A DNA stretch of 64,000 nucleotides from Ranitomeya imitator (GCF_032444005.1 NC_091282.1:548762001-548826000), one strand, 5' to 3'; shown: positions 12,991-26,382, numbered from the stretch's first letter. Made by a program: numbers and translations. Notes: generated by a model from the letters alone, not told the origin.

Positions 12991-15478
12991 GGAGCTAGAA
13001 TTGGGGGGTTTCCACTGTTTAGGTACATCAGGGGGTCTCCAAACACGACAGCCAATTTTGCGCTCAAAAAGTCAAATAGTGCTCCCTCCTTTCTGAGCTC
13101 TGCCGTGCGCCCAAACAGTGGGTTACCCCCACAAATGGGGCATCAGCGTACTCATGATAAATTGGACAACAACTTCTGTGGTCCAATTTCTCTTGTTACC
13201 CTTGTGAAAATAAAAACTTGGGGGCTACAATATCTTTTTTTGTGGAAAAATATATATATATTTTTTTTTATGACTCTGCATTATAAACTTCTGTGAAGCA
13301 CTTGGGCATTCAAAGTTCTCACCACACATCTATATAAGTTCCTTGGGGGGTCTAGTTTCCAAAACGGGGTCGCTTATGGGGGGTTACTACTGGTTAGGTA
13401 CATCAGGGGCTCTGCAAACGCAACATAATGCCTGCAGACCATTCTATCAAAGTCTGCATTCCAAAACGGCGCTCCTTCCTTCCAAGCTCTGCCGTGCGCC
13501 CAAACAGTGGTTTACCCCCACATATGGGGTACCAGCATACTCAGGACAAATTGGACAACAACTTTTGAGGTCCAATTTCTCTTGTTACCCTTGTGAAAAT
13601 AAAAACTTGGGGGCTAAAAAATCTTTTTTGTGGAAAAAAAAATATTTTTTATTTTCACGACTCTGCATTATAAACTTCTGTGAAGCACTTGGGCATTCAA
13701 AGTTCTCACCACAGACAAGTTTCATGGGGGGTCTAGTTTCCAAAATGGGGTCACTTGTGGGGGATTTCTACTGTTTAGGCACATCAGGGGCTCTCCAAAC
13801 GCGACATGGCGTCCGATCTCAATTCCATCCAATTCTACATTGAAAAAGTAAAACGGCATATTGGGTATCGACGTACTCAGGAGAAATTGCACAACAACTT
13901 TAGTGGTCTAATTTCTCCTGTTACCCTTGCGAAAATAAAAATTTGTGGGCAAAAAGATCATTTTTGTAGAAAAAATGCGATTTTTTTTTTCATGGCTCTA
14001 CATTATAAACTTCTGTGAAGCACATGGGGGTTTAAAGTGCTCACCACACATCTAGATAAGTTCCTTAAGGGGTCTAGTTTCCAAAATGGGGTCACTTGTG
14101 GGGGGTTTCCACTGTTTAGGCACATCAGGGGCTCTCCAAACGCGACATGGCGTCCGATCTCAATTCCAGCCAATTCTACATTGAAAAAGTAAAACGGCGC
14201 TCCTTCACTTCCAAGCTCTGCGGTGCGCCCAAACAGTGGTTTACCCTCACATATGGGGTATCGACGTATTCAGGAGAAATCGCACAACAACTTTTGTGGT
14301 CTAATTTTTCCTGTTACCCTTGTGAAAATAAGAATTTGTGGGCGAAAAGATCATTTTTGTGTAAACAAAAGCGATTTTTTATTTTCACGGCTCTACGTTA
14401 TACACTTCTGTGAAGCACTTGGGGGTTCAAAGTGCTCACCACACATCTAGATAAGTTCCTTAAGGGGTCTAGTTTCCAAAATGGTGTCACTTGTGGGGAG
14501 TTTCCACTGTTTAGGCACATCAGGGGCTCTCTAAACGTGACATGGCGTCCGATCTCAATTCCAATTCTGCATTGAAAAAGTCAAACGGCACTCCTTCACT
14601 TCTAAGTTCTGCGATGCGCCCAAAAAGTGGTTTACCCCCACATATGGGGTATTGGCGTATTCAGGAGAAATTGCATAACAAAATTTATTGTTACATTTCG
14701 GTTTTTACACTTGTCAAAATAAAAAAAATGGTTCTGAATTAAGATGTTTGCAAAAAAAAGTTAAATGTTTGTTTTTTCCTTCCACATTGTTTCAGTTCCT
14801 GTGAAGCATGTAAAGGGTTAATAAACTTCTTGAATGTGGTTTTGAGAACCTTGAGGGGTGTAGTTTTTAGAATGGTGTCACACTTCATTATTTTCTATCA
14901 TATAGACCCCTCAAAATGACTTCAAATGTGATGTGGTCCCTAAAAAAAAATGGTGTTGTAAAAATGAGAAATTGCTGGTCAACTTTTAACCCTTATAACT
15001 CCCTAACAAAAAAAATTTTGTTTCCAAAATTGTGCTGATGTAAAGTAGACATGTGGGAAATGTTATTTATTAACTATTTTTCGTGACATATCTCTCTGAT
15101 TTAAGGGCATAAAAATACAAAATTTGAAAATTGCAAAATTGTAAAAATTTTCGCCATATTTCCATTTTTTTCATAAATAATCGCAAGTAATATCGAAGAA
15201 ATGTTACCACTAACATGAAGTACAATATGTCACGAAAAAACAATCTCAGAATCAGCATGATCCGTTGAAGCGTTCCAGAGTTATAACCTCATAAAGTGAC
15301 AGTGGTCAGAATTGCAAAAATTGGCTCGGTCATTAAGTACCAAATTGGCTCTGTCACTAAGGGGTTAAAGAGATCAACCTCAAACTTTGGTTGGTGTTGC
15401 CATATTCTGAGAGCTATACTTTTTGTTTTCTCCTTTCGATTCATTGAGTTGCACAAAGGCAATTCTTTATATGAAGAG

Positions 15479-15711
15479 TAGAGTTGAGTGAATTCGTTCA
15501 GATTCGGTTTCGAATACGATCGGCAGCGAATATTGTTTTTGCAATATTCGTCGAACACAGCTGAACGTCATTAGAGTCAATGGGAGTAGAAATTAGAATA
15601 TGTTCGGAACCGATCATCAAACATAAATTCGGAATGAATAGGTACCAATATGGCACGAATATGGCAAATTCAGTTTCGGCGACCGAATCTGAACAAATTC
15701 GCTCAACTCTA
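15479..15711. mobile_element. hAT MITE
   Basis: TIRs TAGAGTTGAG.../...CTCAACTCTA with 8-bp TSD ATGAAGAG. Confidence 0.9.
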
Positions 15712-15781
15712 ATGAAGAGTTAAAAAACCATAAACAGGCAGAGATGCTTACCTGTCTAAATGGGCCTCAATACAATTGCAC

Positions 15782-16114
15782 TGACAGGGTGCAGTGGACC
15801 CAAGTAAAATGGCAACTGCACAGGTGCAATACCAAATGACACAGCCAGCCCAAATGGGCCCAAATGGTTCTGAAAACTGTGGCCTCTGCTCACACAGGAT
15901 GCATTATAGTTAGCACTGGGCAGCCTGCCATAGGGCGTCATTAATAAGCTGAGAACCTGATGCTCTGCATTCCTTGTGTGAACATTGCCACATACAGAGT
16001 AGACTTTTTTGCATTGGTGTGCCATACGGCCAATCCCTGATTGAAGGCTGGCTGTTTCATTTGGTATTGCACCTGTGCAGTTGTCATTTTACTTGGGTCC
16101 GCTGCACCTTGTCA
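15782..16114. mobile_element. Unclassified MITE-like element with ~69-bp inverted repeats
   Basis: 15782-15850 is approximately the reverse complement of 16046-16114. No TSD found. Confidence 0.55.
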
Positions 16115-16884
16115 ATCAATCAATTTGATTGCTAATCAATTTAGCAATCAAAGGTGGTGCAGTGGTTAGCAGTGGGATCAAACCCCACCAAGGACAACAT
16201 CTGCAAAGAGTTTGTAAAATAAAAGCTGTGCTCTGATTGGTTGCTATGGACACCACCACATTATTATGAACTGTGACTAAAAAAAAATATGTCTTTACTG
16301 CCCATAATAACCAATCACAGTGCAGCTTTCATTTCTTATACTACTGATTTAATATAAAATATATGCTATGATTGGATGCTGTGGACAGCACCACATTCTA
16401 TGGATGTTGGGTTAAGAAAATCTCTGCCCACAGCAGCCAATCACAGCACAGCATCCACTAACTTCTAACCAATCTAATGACACCAAAATCATCCACCAAG
16501 GGTCATGCAAAGTGGTCAAAGTATATTGCAAGAAAAAGCCTACTGAGTCTGAGTTTGTGAAAAAACTGCACGTGATGGATTTTTTTTATATTTTAACTCA
16601 GCGATCAAAAGTATAAAGAAATCACCCCTTACTTTTCAAACATTTTTACCCTTGCAGACCTGGGTAATCAATGTTAATGGCAGCAAATTTTCTGTTTACA
16701 TAGAACAGATTGGTGGGCTTCTGATAACTATAAATTAATGCCGGCATGAATAATTCAATCACATGATGAGCAAATGTTTGGCTTGTTCATTAGGCAATTG
16801 CTGACATCTCTACATAAGCCAATTGATGAACTAGTGTTCTAAGGAAAGCTGATCCCGATTGCCGGCTAGACTAAATGAGCTTTA

Positions 16885-17114
16885 GGGTATGTGCACACGT
16901 TGCGGATTTTACAGTGGATCCGCAGCAGTTTTCCATGTGGTGTACAGTACCATGTAAACCTATGGAAAACAAAAACCGCTGTGCACATGCTGTGGAAAAA
17001 AACGCGCGGAAACGCTGCGGTTTATTTTCCGCAGTATGTCAATTCTTTGTGGGCGGAATCCGCAGCGGTTTAACACCTGCTCCATATTAAAATACCGCAG
17101 GTGGGCACATACCC
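16885..17114. mobile_element. Harbinger-type MITE
   Basis: TTA|GGGTATGTGCACAC...GTGGGCACATACCC|TTA. Confidence 0.85.
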
Positions 17115-17189
17115 TTAAAGGTAAAACAGATTAACATTAGAAATCTACAGGTATATTGTATAGAATCTTATACATTTTTTCAATCTTAA

Positions 17190-17812
17190 AGGGAATCTGT
17201 CACCCCAAAATTCGCCTATAAACTAACCATCGGCATCAGGGGCTTATCTACAGCATTCTGTAATGCTGTAGATAAGCCCCCGATGTAACCTGCAAGATAA
17301 GAAAAGTTATATTATACTCACCCATCGGTGGTCCCGGTGCGGTCTGGTCCGATGGGTGTCGCGATTTGGGTCCGGCGCCTCCCATCTTCATACGATGACG
17401 TCCTCTTCTTTGCTTCCTGCCGTGGCTCCTGCACAGGCGTACTTTGTCTGCCCTGTTGAGGGTAGAGCAAAGTACTGCAGTGCGCAGGTGACGGGAAAGG
17501 TCAGAGAGGCCCGGCGCCTGCGCACTGCAATACTTTGCTCTGCCCTCAACAGGTCAGATAAAGTACACCTGCGCAGGAGCAGCAGCAGGAAGCAAAGAAG
17601 AGGACGTCATCGTATGAAGATGGGAGGCGCCGAACCCGGATCGCGACGCCCATTGGACCAGACCGCACTGGGACCACCCCTGAGTGAATATAATATAACC
17701 TGTTTTTCTTATCTTGCAGGTTACATCTACAAGATTCTACAGAATTCTGTAGATAAGCCCCTGATGCCGGTGGCCTTAGCTTATAGGCGAATTTTGGGGT
17801 GACAGATTCTCT
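17190..17812. mobile_element. T2-type (Kolobok-related) palindromic MITE
   Basis: TTAA|AGGGAATCTGTCACC...GGTGACAGATTCTCT|TTAA. The two halves are reverse complements. Confidence 0.85.
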
Positions 17813-19839
17813 TTAAGATTGCAGATCAAAGTATTTGGTAGGACAAAAGAACATAGTTGTAGAATATCTTCCAATTTTTTTATTGATGAGCTATCCATCA
17901 GTTGAGTCCAAGACTGCATTGTTTCATCTGTACACTGTTTAAATTTGCCAAAGGTGATCAGTGGTGGTGCTCAGTGTTGGACCTACACTGACCTACATTG
18001 ACCTTATATTGATGACCAATCCTGTGAATAAGTCATCAATATAAAAGTTCTCGAAAACCTCTCTAGTATATTTTTGCCTGCAAAATTATTTATGCTGTAG
18101 AAGTGATTCACTTTGCTTTATTTGTATACATTTACCTTGTATCCTACTACTTGAAGAACAAGGCATGAATCAGAATTATGTGATGCGAGCAAGAATAGCA
18201 GACAAAGGAAAATATTTTTCTGTATGAGCCACCACTGAGAAATGGGACACGTGAGTCACACATTCCAGTACCATGTACCGTAATTTTATTTAAGAAGAAT
18301 AGAAAACAATATAATCTGTGACCCTGTAATGTCTAAAGCAGGAACCAACAGTTCTATGAAATCCAGCTATTACAGGCAAGTATAATATTAAGAGAGAAAT
18401 CGAAAAACTAAAACAACGTGTGTGACCGAGCTTCAATAATGAACCTCAATGTCCTGGTAAAAATATGTTGGTTAATTATTTAGTGAAAAGAAGCTAAATC
18501 CTGTAGGTACTGCTACAGTGCCATGTGGCATTACTTGTACAAAACAAGATCTCCCTGCTGGCATCCTATGGAGACTGCATCTGCTCCCGGAAACCTCAGG
18601 TGTGCTTAGGTCATTCACACTGTGCCAAGCATGAAATCTTTCTATAATTCTCCACAATTATGAGACTTTTAACCAATCAGTAAATAGTTGTATTTAACCA
18701 TAGTATTTTAGTAACACAGAAAATTAAATTGTTTAGTAAAAAAATGTAGAAAAAGAGCAGTGAAATGGAGAATACAGTGAGTGATCATTGAGAACATACT
18801 CTTCCTACAAGGAATTTTAATAGCCTTTAGAAGAAATATGTTTGCAGTTAGCTGGTCCAATGGGATGCTATTAGGTTTCTTTGTCTGGAACTTTTGGTAG
18901 GGACTGCCACTCTACCAGTTCATGTTGTAACTGTGATCCTTTGTTAGTTATTCTGTGGGCTCCTTTTGTAGTTTGTTCCATTGACTGTAGTTTATTAGAT
19001 TCTATATATTTTAACAATGGATCATTCTCATTACTGACAGCACACAACTATTAAAAAACTCACTGGTTCGGTGTCTGTTCAGCACAACTTAAGTTTCCTA
19101 AACTCTGAAGGAACGTTTGCAACAGTGCTCTCCAAAGCTGGAGTAATAAGCAAAGCGGCAAAGCACAAGCATAAAATCCACGTTGATGTCACAGGACGTC
19201 ACGGTATTACAAGATGGATATCGCAGCGGTATATCAGAAAATTAAGATAACATCATACCAAACACAGGTGTAATAGCAAAATGATGTCACACTATGGCAA
19301 CAATGTAAATAGTGATTTCACCGAAATAATAGGGATGACACAGATGCTGAGAACCACAGAGATCATATATACTGCATCATAATACAAGGAGATGCCCAAT
19401 GCTACAGAAATAATAGAGTGATATCATAGAACAGACTTAATAAAGCAATAAAGCAAAAAGATAATCAATCGGTCACAGTAAAAGAATAATGCATACTATT
19501 ATGTCATATCCTAGTGGAAGTGGAAAACTAGGCTTTGGTCTCCCTTGGGCACCAAGGCAAATGTAACCTTATTATTAATCATATAGAGTTATCCCATGCT
19601 GTTAAATAAGTCCCTTTTCAATTGAAGTACATAGTTAAGATAAAAATTCCTACTACCACTCTCCATAATGGCACATCATGGTTCTTAGCCTTAGAAAGTG
19701 GGGTAAAAGTACCAATGTTTCAATTGAGAATCTTAAAATGACTACTTCAGTAAAATATTAATTATGTTGGTGATATTTATACACTTGACATCAATTGTGG
19801 CACATGCACCGAGCTTCAAAATGCCATCCCTACTCTTCA

Positions 19840-20400
19840 TAAGAGCAGAGTGAGGTGAAGCACAAAGGTTGCCCTATTATAATGTAGGGGCACAGATGGG
19901 GCCCTTTGAGTATGCAGAGGCCTATCCATACGCAGACACAATGGCACAATAGAGATGCTATTACTGTGTGGACGCTCAGAGGGGGCACTATTACTATGTG
20001 GAGGTACAGGTGGTCATTATTATATAGAGGCACATTGCTATAAAATTACTATGTGGAGTTATAGATGGAGCACTATTTAATTGTTAAAGCACAATGGGCA
20101 TTAATACAAAGTGGAGGAGCAGAGGAACCACTATTACTATCTAGAGGTCCAATGTGGAGCACTATTTCTGTTTAGGCAAAATAGGAACACTATTACTGTG
20201 TGGGGCATTATTACTGTGTGGAGACACAGAAAGGGGCACCATTAGTGTGTGGAGGCTCAAAGGTTGCATTATTAATTTAAAGAGACCCAATGAGGCATTG
20301 TTACTGTGTGGGAACACTATTACTGTGCTGAGGAATATAGGGTTATTATTACAGCTAGGAAGCATAATAGGACATAGCAATGTTTTCCTGCATAAATAGA
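19840..20400. repeat. Degenerate minisatellite (GGGGCACTATTACTGTGTGG-like)
   Basis: The CACTATTACT(G/A)TGTGG motif recurs at roughly 20-25-bp spacing. Confidence 0.6.
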
Positions 20401-20890
20401 GAGCTCTTAACATTTTGTTATGCATATGTATTATTGCAGATTACACTCTCCATCTCGGCTAAAAATGCTCTTCTAAAATGCTAAGCCGAGCAGTCTTCTG
20501 TGAAATATATAGTGTGACCTCTGTTTAGAATATCTATCCATTTATAAAATTATCACTAATACTTTTACGAAATTTATGTTGCGCGCCATTAATTCTACAA
20601 AAGATGCATAATGTACAACGGCTATGAATATATAATCATAATGTAAAGTCAAGGTTATTCTCTGAGTTATCTCTATGAGTGGACACATTTCATGCATTAA
20701 TCACAACTTTGGATGTGACTGAATATGAGCCCCCTCCTTCCCATAGATATTACATGATGCATTAGTGGAAGAATATACTGTATCTGTGTGTAAGTGTAAG
20801 TGAAAAAGAAATTGTTAAAACTTTCCCTTTCCTTTCTATGAGAGGTTAAAAGTTAATAATATGCATTTGATTATTTGGATGGACACTTAC

Positions 20891-21001
20891 AAATGCGCGT
20901 AGGTTTCGAGCACAAACCAAGCCAATAGCACCATTCTGTTCAGGGCCACAAATGATCAAAACAGTTGGTTGTTTTTTAGGAAGTGCTTTCAATGGATACA
21001 C
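20891..21001 (-). CDS. yjefn3: YjeF N-terminal domain-containing protein 3, internal coding exon (111 nt, phase 0-0)
   Basis: ttttatttggcag|exon|gtaagt. Translates to [37 protein letters not shown], matching the recalled YJEFN3 segment ...[25 protein letters not shown]. The paralogue NAXE has GPGNNGGDG here. Confidence 0.92.
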
Positions 21002-21202
21002 CTGCCAAATAAAAGTAAATCTTTTAGGTTATATTTTCTACACTTCATATATACTTCCAAATATTGATATTTGCAAAAAGACAAGCAATCCGCACTGCTG
21101 CACCGCCAAATCAACCAACCCACCTGTGGGGTCACAAACGCTGCAGGCTCACATGCCCGGATGGACAGGTGCTCAATCCAGAAAAAACATCACCAAAAGT
21201 CG

Positions 21203-21954
21203 ATGTATGAAGAAAGAGTGGGATGGCACTCACCGTCCTGTAAAATCCTTAGTTTATTGAAAACTAGGTGGAGGCCTGATGCTATCGCATTGGGAGGGCG
21301 GTAATGAGAATCTCTCCCCCCCATGTGCTCACCCACCTATCCACTCTCCCCCATGTGCTCACCCACCTATCCACTCTCTCTTTCCCCATGTGCTGACTTC
21401 TTCTGTCTGTGCTCTCCTTTTTGATCTGTCTACCCCATGTGCTATGCGCTCCTCCTGTACAAAGATGTCGGCGGTCAGTGAATCATTCGGCGGATCCCGG
21501 CAACGGTGTTCCACTGGTGGTACCGTGCAAGAGGCTGCGTATGGCGTATACAGTGTGTGTGTGTGATGCGTACGGCATACACAGTGTGTTTGTATGTGTG
21601 TGGTGTACAACGTATACAGTGTGTGTGTGTGGTGCGATGATGTTCCGCTGGTGGTACTGCGCAAGAGGCCGGTACCACCAGCAGTTTCCATATTGAGACC
21701 CCCATCAATTGGGTGTCCCAATATGGCGGTCGGTGAACTTCTGTCGCTTGGAATTCTGGGATCCAGACACATCTGGACAGAGCAGGATGTGAAGACATTA
21801 TTAAGATTAAAAAAAATCTTCAGCAGGGGAGCTAGGTGTGGGATACAAGGACAAAATCCCACACATTGCTCCCCTGCTGAAGATTTTTTAATGTTTCAAT
21901 AAACTACGGATTTTTACAGAACACTGTGTGCCATCCCACTCTTTCTTCATACAT
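21203..21954. mobile_element. Intronic element bounded by ~60-bp inverted repeats, with a possible Penelope-like tail motif
   Basis: 21203-21264 is approximately the reverse complement of 21893-21954. Both read AATAAA...GTGCCATCCCACTCTTTC. The interior has a (TG)-rich tract and a hairpin. Confidence 0.5.
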
Positions 21955-22295
21955 GGACCAACTATTGATATACCGTATGAAGTTTCTCCAATATTTTTCA
22001 TTAAAAATTTTATTTAAATTCTCAAGAGTGATCCAATTTACTGGGTTGAAACACTGATGAAAATTACTGCAAACTGATATCAATTAGACATCTGACCAAC
22101 CCAAATATTGCATGCATGGCAAATCATTTGAAGGTCACTATATAATATATTTCTCTTGTGGCTATTGAAGTAGTAGCTTAGGTTTCCATAAGTTTGTTAC
22201 AAAATTATTTGTGTCCCCCTTGCTGTTTTAACATTTTATACATATTGTACAGGACAGTAACTAGTAACCTGATTAAATTTCTCTGCAGTACAGAC

Positions 22296-22404
22296 CTTGG
22301 TTACTGCTATTGCACAGCTGTGTCCTAATATCTCAATAAGTTGTTGCTTCCCAAAGCGGTAATCTTCCAACAATTCTCTTTCTAAGGCTTCAGCTTCCTG
22401 TTTA
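22296..22404 (-). CDS. yjefn3: YjeF N-terminal domain-containing protein 3, upstream internal coding exon (109 nt, phase 2-0)
   Basis: tcttctctcttag|exon|gtctgt. Translates to [36 protein letters not shown], matching the recalled YJEFN3 segment [31 protein letters not shown]. Splices in frame to the 20891-21001 exon. Confidence 0.92.
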
Positions 22405-23015
22405 CTAAGAGAGAAGACATAATAATTAATATTCCAAATGCAGGAGCTATTTTTGCTTTAGTCATTAAAACAACACCCCAAAGTAGATCAGTTAATAAAT
22501 CTTTACATTTTCTTTCTAGTTGTTCATAGGCCCACAAAATCTCTAATTTTATACACAAATATCTATAGAAACAGGTTGATGGGAACCAATTTGAGAAAAT
22601 CAATTAAACAAAGGAAGGAAGAGGTAAAGTATCCTTTACAGCCTGCTTATATAAACAAAGGAATCTTTGAAATTATATATATATATATAGTTATAAATAG
22701 TAGAGCTTTAATGTATTTAAATGGAATTTTCATCTTGAATATAAATTTCTGCACTGCAATAAATTACTGAATCCTGACAATGTGCATTATGCTCGAGGTT
22801 TCATCAGAGGGGAATCCAGACAGTGGGCAGAAATTTATGTTCATCCCGAAAAGTCCTTCAATTTAGTACATTAATTTGCATTGCTAGATATACAGTTCTG
22901 TTTATACATTATAAGAAATACAAATGGTTTCTGGTTCTTTGAAACTGATGGCCTGTCATGAACTGCAATACCAGGTACAGCCCCCACTAAAAGGAAGATG
23001 TACTGCATGAAACAG

Positions 23016-25050
23016 TGTAAGCTCACATGCTACCATATGGTGAGAGTGCTAAGAGCTAGACCTCCACCAAGGGATGTATTTATGACCAGGCACTTGTAAT
23101 CTAGAGACTAGGGTGGTGCATAGCTGTGGCAGTATCAACTAAGAGGTTTGTTTGTTGCAACTGGGTACGAGTTGCGGGGGACTATCCCATAGTGGGAGTG
23201 TTAAGGCCCAGTAAAAATAGACTGTTTTCTGATAGCAGATCAAATAGGGAAGTACAGTAACCAAGGTCAAGTTGCAGTGGGCAAGCATCTATCGCTAGTT
23301 GCGGTGGAAAGCCTTACTGGAATCCCTTGTGGAAATTCCTGCAACATCCATAGCTCATGGCTTGATACAGGTAATACGAAGAGTGCCTTATCATCGGGAT
23401 ACAGGGGATTAAGGATGTGGGAGAGCTAGAAGGAAAGGTAACAGATCCTGGGTGCACTACCAGTCTGGACGAGAGATCCTTAGGGTTGACAGGAACAGTA
23501 AACATAGGGCTAGTCCAGGAGTAATGAATAATAATCCTGAAGATGTACTGTAGTAAGGAAACAAGAACTAAGAAATGTTGTGCCCAATACTGCGTGTTGC
23601 AATCTTATGAACTTGAACTGTCCAGTAAAGTTTTGCATGTTTCAACAAACTGCGTGTCCCCTGAAATTTGTGCAGCAGCTCCTGAAAATGGACGACTGGC
23701 GAAAATTTACGCCTGCAGCCTACAAGTGAGTGTGATGCATCCCACACCTGGTATCATATTGTGACAGAGACATGATTTTCCTGTAAAGTGCAAGGGCGTT
23801 ATGGAGCAGCAGCTCGTCCACGGCTACTAGCATTAGTCACTTTACATTTGGCGTAGTCAGCAGGATGGAATCATGCATCAAAAAAATTTGATGGATGTGA
23901 GGAAGGTTACTGTGAAAACCAAAATGGTGCCTACAGCTAGGCTCAGGATGGCAGATGGTGGCACACATGGCAGAGGAAGCTTCACCCATCATGGGCATTG
24001 GAGGGTGAAAAGAGCGCAAAAATACATCCAGCTTGGGAAGGTGCCAGCAGAGGAGAAACACACCCACGGCAGAATGGGCCTGTGCCATTGTAGGTGAGTG
24101 AGTAGAAGAGAGAGCAATATCAAGAAGTGATGGTGGATTCGATTGCGCATCTGGAGGTGTGGAGGAACCAGAGCAGGCTGATGCAGCAGAAGAAAGAGCT
24201 TACAGCCTGGAAAGGGATTGGTCCACTGGGCAGTCATTGACACAAAGTAAGAATCCAGCTTTCACCGCCAGGTTTCCTGAGGACAGAGAATGGGAAAGCC
24301 AGTATTAGGCAGCTTTTGAGGGACCTAAGGAGCCTGGGCTGAAAGGAAAAGAGAAGGAGTAGAAAATGCGGATGCCTAAACCAGAAGGGAAAAGAGGAAT
24401 CTGATTTGGAAAGCCCCAGTTGTGCTCGTTGCACATGAGGACATGAAAAGGAACCGTTCCAAGTACCTGGGACAGAAGGCCCGACAGTGACCAGGATCAC
24501 TGGTGTTGACCAGAATGGCTGAACAGTTTGTGCTCCCCAGTTTTATTATGAACATGTTTGCGCATCATCCTGCTGGATTAAAGGAGTGTGAACGGCCAAA
24601 GGTGTCTCACACCTTTTTCTGCCCCTAAGGACTGTGCACTGAGATTCTGTCCCATTTCCCCCTGAATCCTGCCTCATATTTTCTATTAACTTTACTCCAA
24701 GGGACTGTGAGTTTGACAAATGAGTGACATTGTGCAATTGATGGTATTATTTTTCAAAAGGGGGAGGGGAGGAAACGGATGGCTTAATGTTCTAGCCGGG
24801 TCAGGATTTTATAGACTCTGTCCTTGCCACAAGGATGAAATTTTGAGAAGGGATGGACGACTCGATGTCCCAAGTGGGTTGAAGATGATGGACTGTGATC
24901 ATGGACTGATGAACCATTGTTGTGTGGGCCTAAGGGCCATTGTTTTAAAGAGATTGTCCACTACACTGTATAGTGGGCAGATCGATATAAACTGTGGAAA
25001 TAAGATTTTCTTCAAATACCTTGCATTTCCAAATATGCCTGTGAGCGGCG
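23016..25050 (+). mobile_element. Gypsy-type LTR (to 23846), tRNA-Ser PBS and degenerate internal region
   Basis: ...TTTACA|TT|TGGCGTAGTCAGCAGGAT at 23849-23866 is a 17/18 match to the complement of the tRNA-Ser 3' end. The LTR start is uncertain. Confidence 0.65.
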
Positions 25051-25139
25051 CTATTACCGGAACTGGAAGCTGACGCAGAATCATTGAGGCGGGACCCAGT
25101 CTCCCTGAGTGACTGGGCTGTTGGCGGACTTCTCAACTA

Positions 25140-25325
25140 ACTACAATCCAGCTTCCTTCCACATCACTCTATTGAAACTATCCTAACTAAAGTTGCAAAT
25201 TACCTACTATCATAGCCAATAGACAAAACTCTGTACTCCTACACCTGTCCTCTAAATTCGACACAAGTGAACACTCCCTCCTACTTTAAACTCTCTCATC
25301 ACTTAGCACCAATGATCTTTTTCTG
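25140..25325 (+). pseudogene. L2/CR1-clade LINE RT fragment, 5' part
   Basis: Degenerate QSGFR..HS.ET.LTKV.N.LL...FD.V.H..LL segment. Confidence 0.65.
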
Positions 25326-25799
25326 TACTAGGCAGGAGTGGAGATATTGCCATTATAGCCGCACCAGGGCCCATAAGTGAAGAGGGCTCGCTGACAACGG
25401 TGACTATTTCAGTTTAAATGTATTTCAACACAGGTAGCCTGCTTTCTCTCTGTGCTACAATAAATCGCGCTGGCCAATCAAAGGCCAGCAGCTAACTGAC
25501 GTCAGTGTGTCCATGACTGGGGGTGCATGGCAGTGAAGTCATATGCCATGGTATGCATGCTAAACTCAGCTGCTGGCTTCAGCACTGGCTGTAGAGGAAA
25601 AGCCTGCATGGTATGGGAGAAAGGGGGAAGGTGAGACAAATCTTTTTTTTTTTTAATGTGTTGGAGAAGAACAGAACTTTATACCAGGAATGGGACCTGG
25701 ATATTGCAAATTAACCTATGAAGAGGACCAGGATGGGGAAAATTAATCCATGAAGGGGACCAGAATGAGGTACATTAACCCATGAAGTCAGCAGTCTTC

Positions 25800-26070
25800 C
25801 CAATGATTGTGGAGCCTACTGAAACAGACTAGGGACCTTTTAAAATGCTTAGGAAGCCTTTGCAGGTGTTTTTCTTAATTATTCTAATTTACTGAGATAA
25901 CGACTTTTGGGTTTTCATTGTCTGTAAGCTATAATCAACAACATTAACAAAAATAAACACTTGAAATTGATCACTCTGTTTGTAACTACTCTATATAATA
26001 CGAGTTTCACTTTTGAACTGAAATAAATTAACTTTTTGATGATATTCTAATTTTGTGAGAAGCACCTGTA
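25800..26070. mobile_element. Tc1-type element right end
   Basis: Ends TCTAATTTTGTGAGAAGCACCTG+TA. Confidence 0.55.
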
Positions 26071-26382
26071 TGTGATCTTCTTATTTTCAGTGTGACACAA
26101 TGAGTCGTGCCTGGAAGACGTTCACATAAAGGTCTGATGTAGAAGAAGCAGAATCAGATGAGACATCAGAGGTCACTGTAAGTGAATATTTATTCTTTAT
26201 CTGTACTGGAGTTATCTTAATTGTAAAGCACCTTGGGCCCACCAGAGAAAATCATTCTTGGGGCCCACTATGTAGCTACATAAAAATAGATACAAAACCA
26301 CCGATTGTGCAGTTAAACACGCTAATATCAGGGTATAATATAAGGTAGTACACGTCTTAGTTATGTAGCAGGGGTTGGGGTA

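Larger units (their letters stand above)
11152..15364. mobile_element. ~4.2-kb non-autonomous piggyBac-like element, copy 2, inverted relative to copy 1
   Basis: Ends are TTAA|CCCCTTAGCGAC...GTCACTAAGGGG|TTAA. 14780-15360 is the reverse complement of 3520-4100. The same ~350-380-bp tandem units occur at 13030-14700. Contains an N gap. Confidence 0.8.

Noticed and set aside
19080-19470. Hydrophobic minus-strand frames suggesting a receptor pseudogene
   Set aside because: There are multiple stops and no family motif.
20890-20950. Hammerhead-like CTGAAC...GAAAC on the minus strand
   Set aside because: It is coding sequence of the yjefn3 exon and the core is non-canonical.
21874-21900. CTGAAGA hammerhead core
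   Set aside because: No stem II or GAAA follows; it is part of the hairpin arm.
26091-26177. Plus-strand exon-like segment with good AG/GT sites
   Set aside because: It has no recognisable homology, lies in a repeat mosaic, and is opposite to yjefn3.
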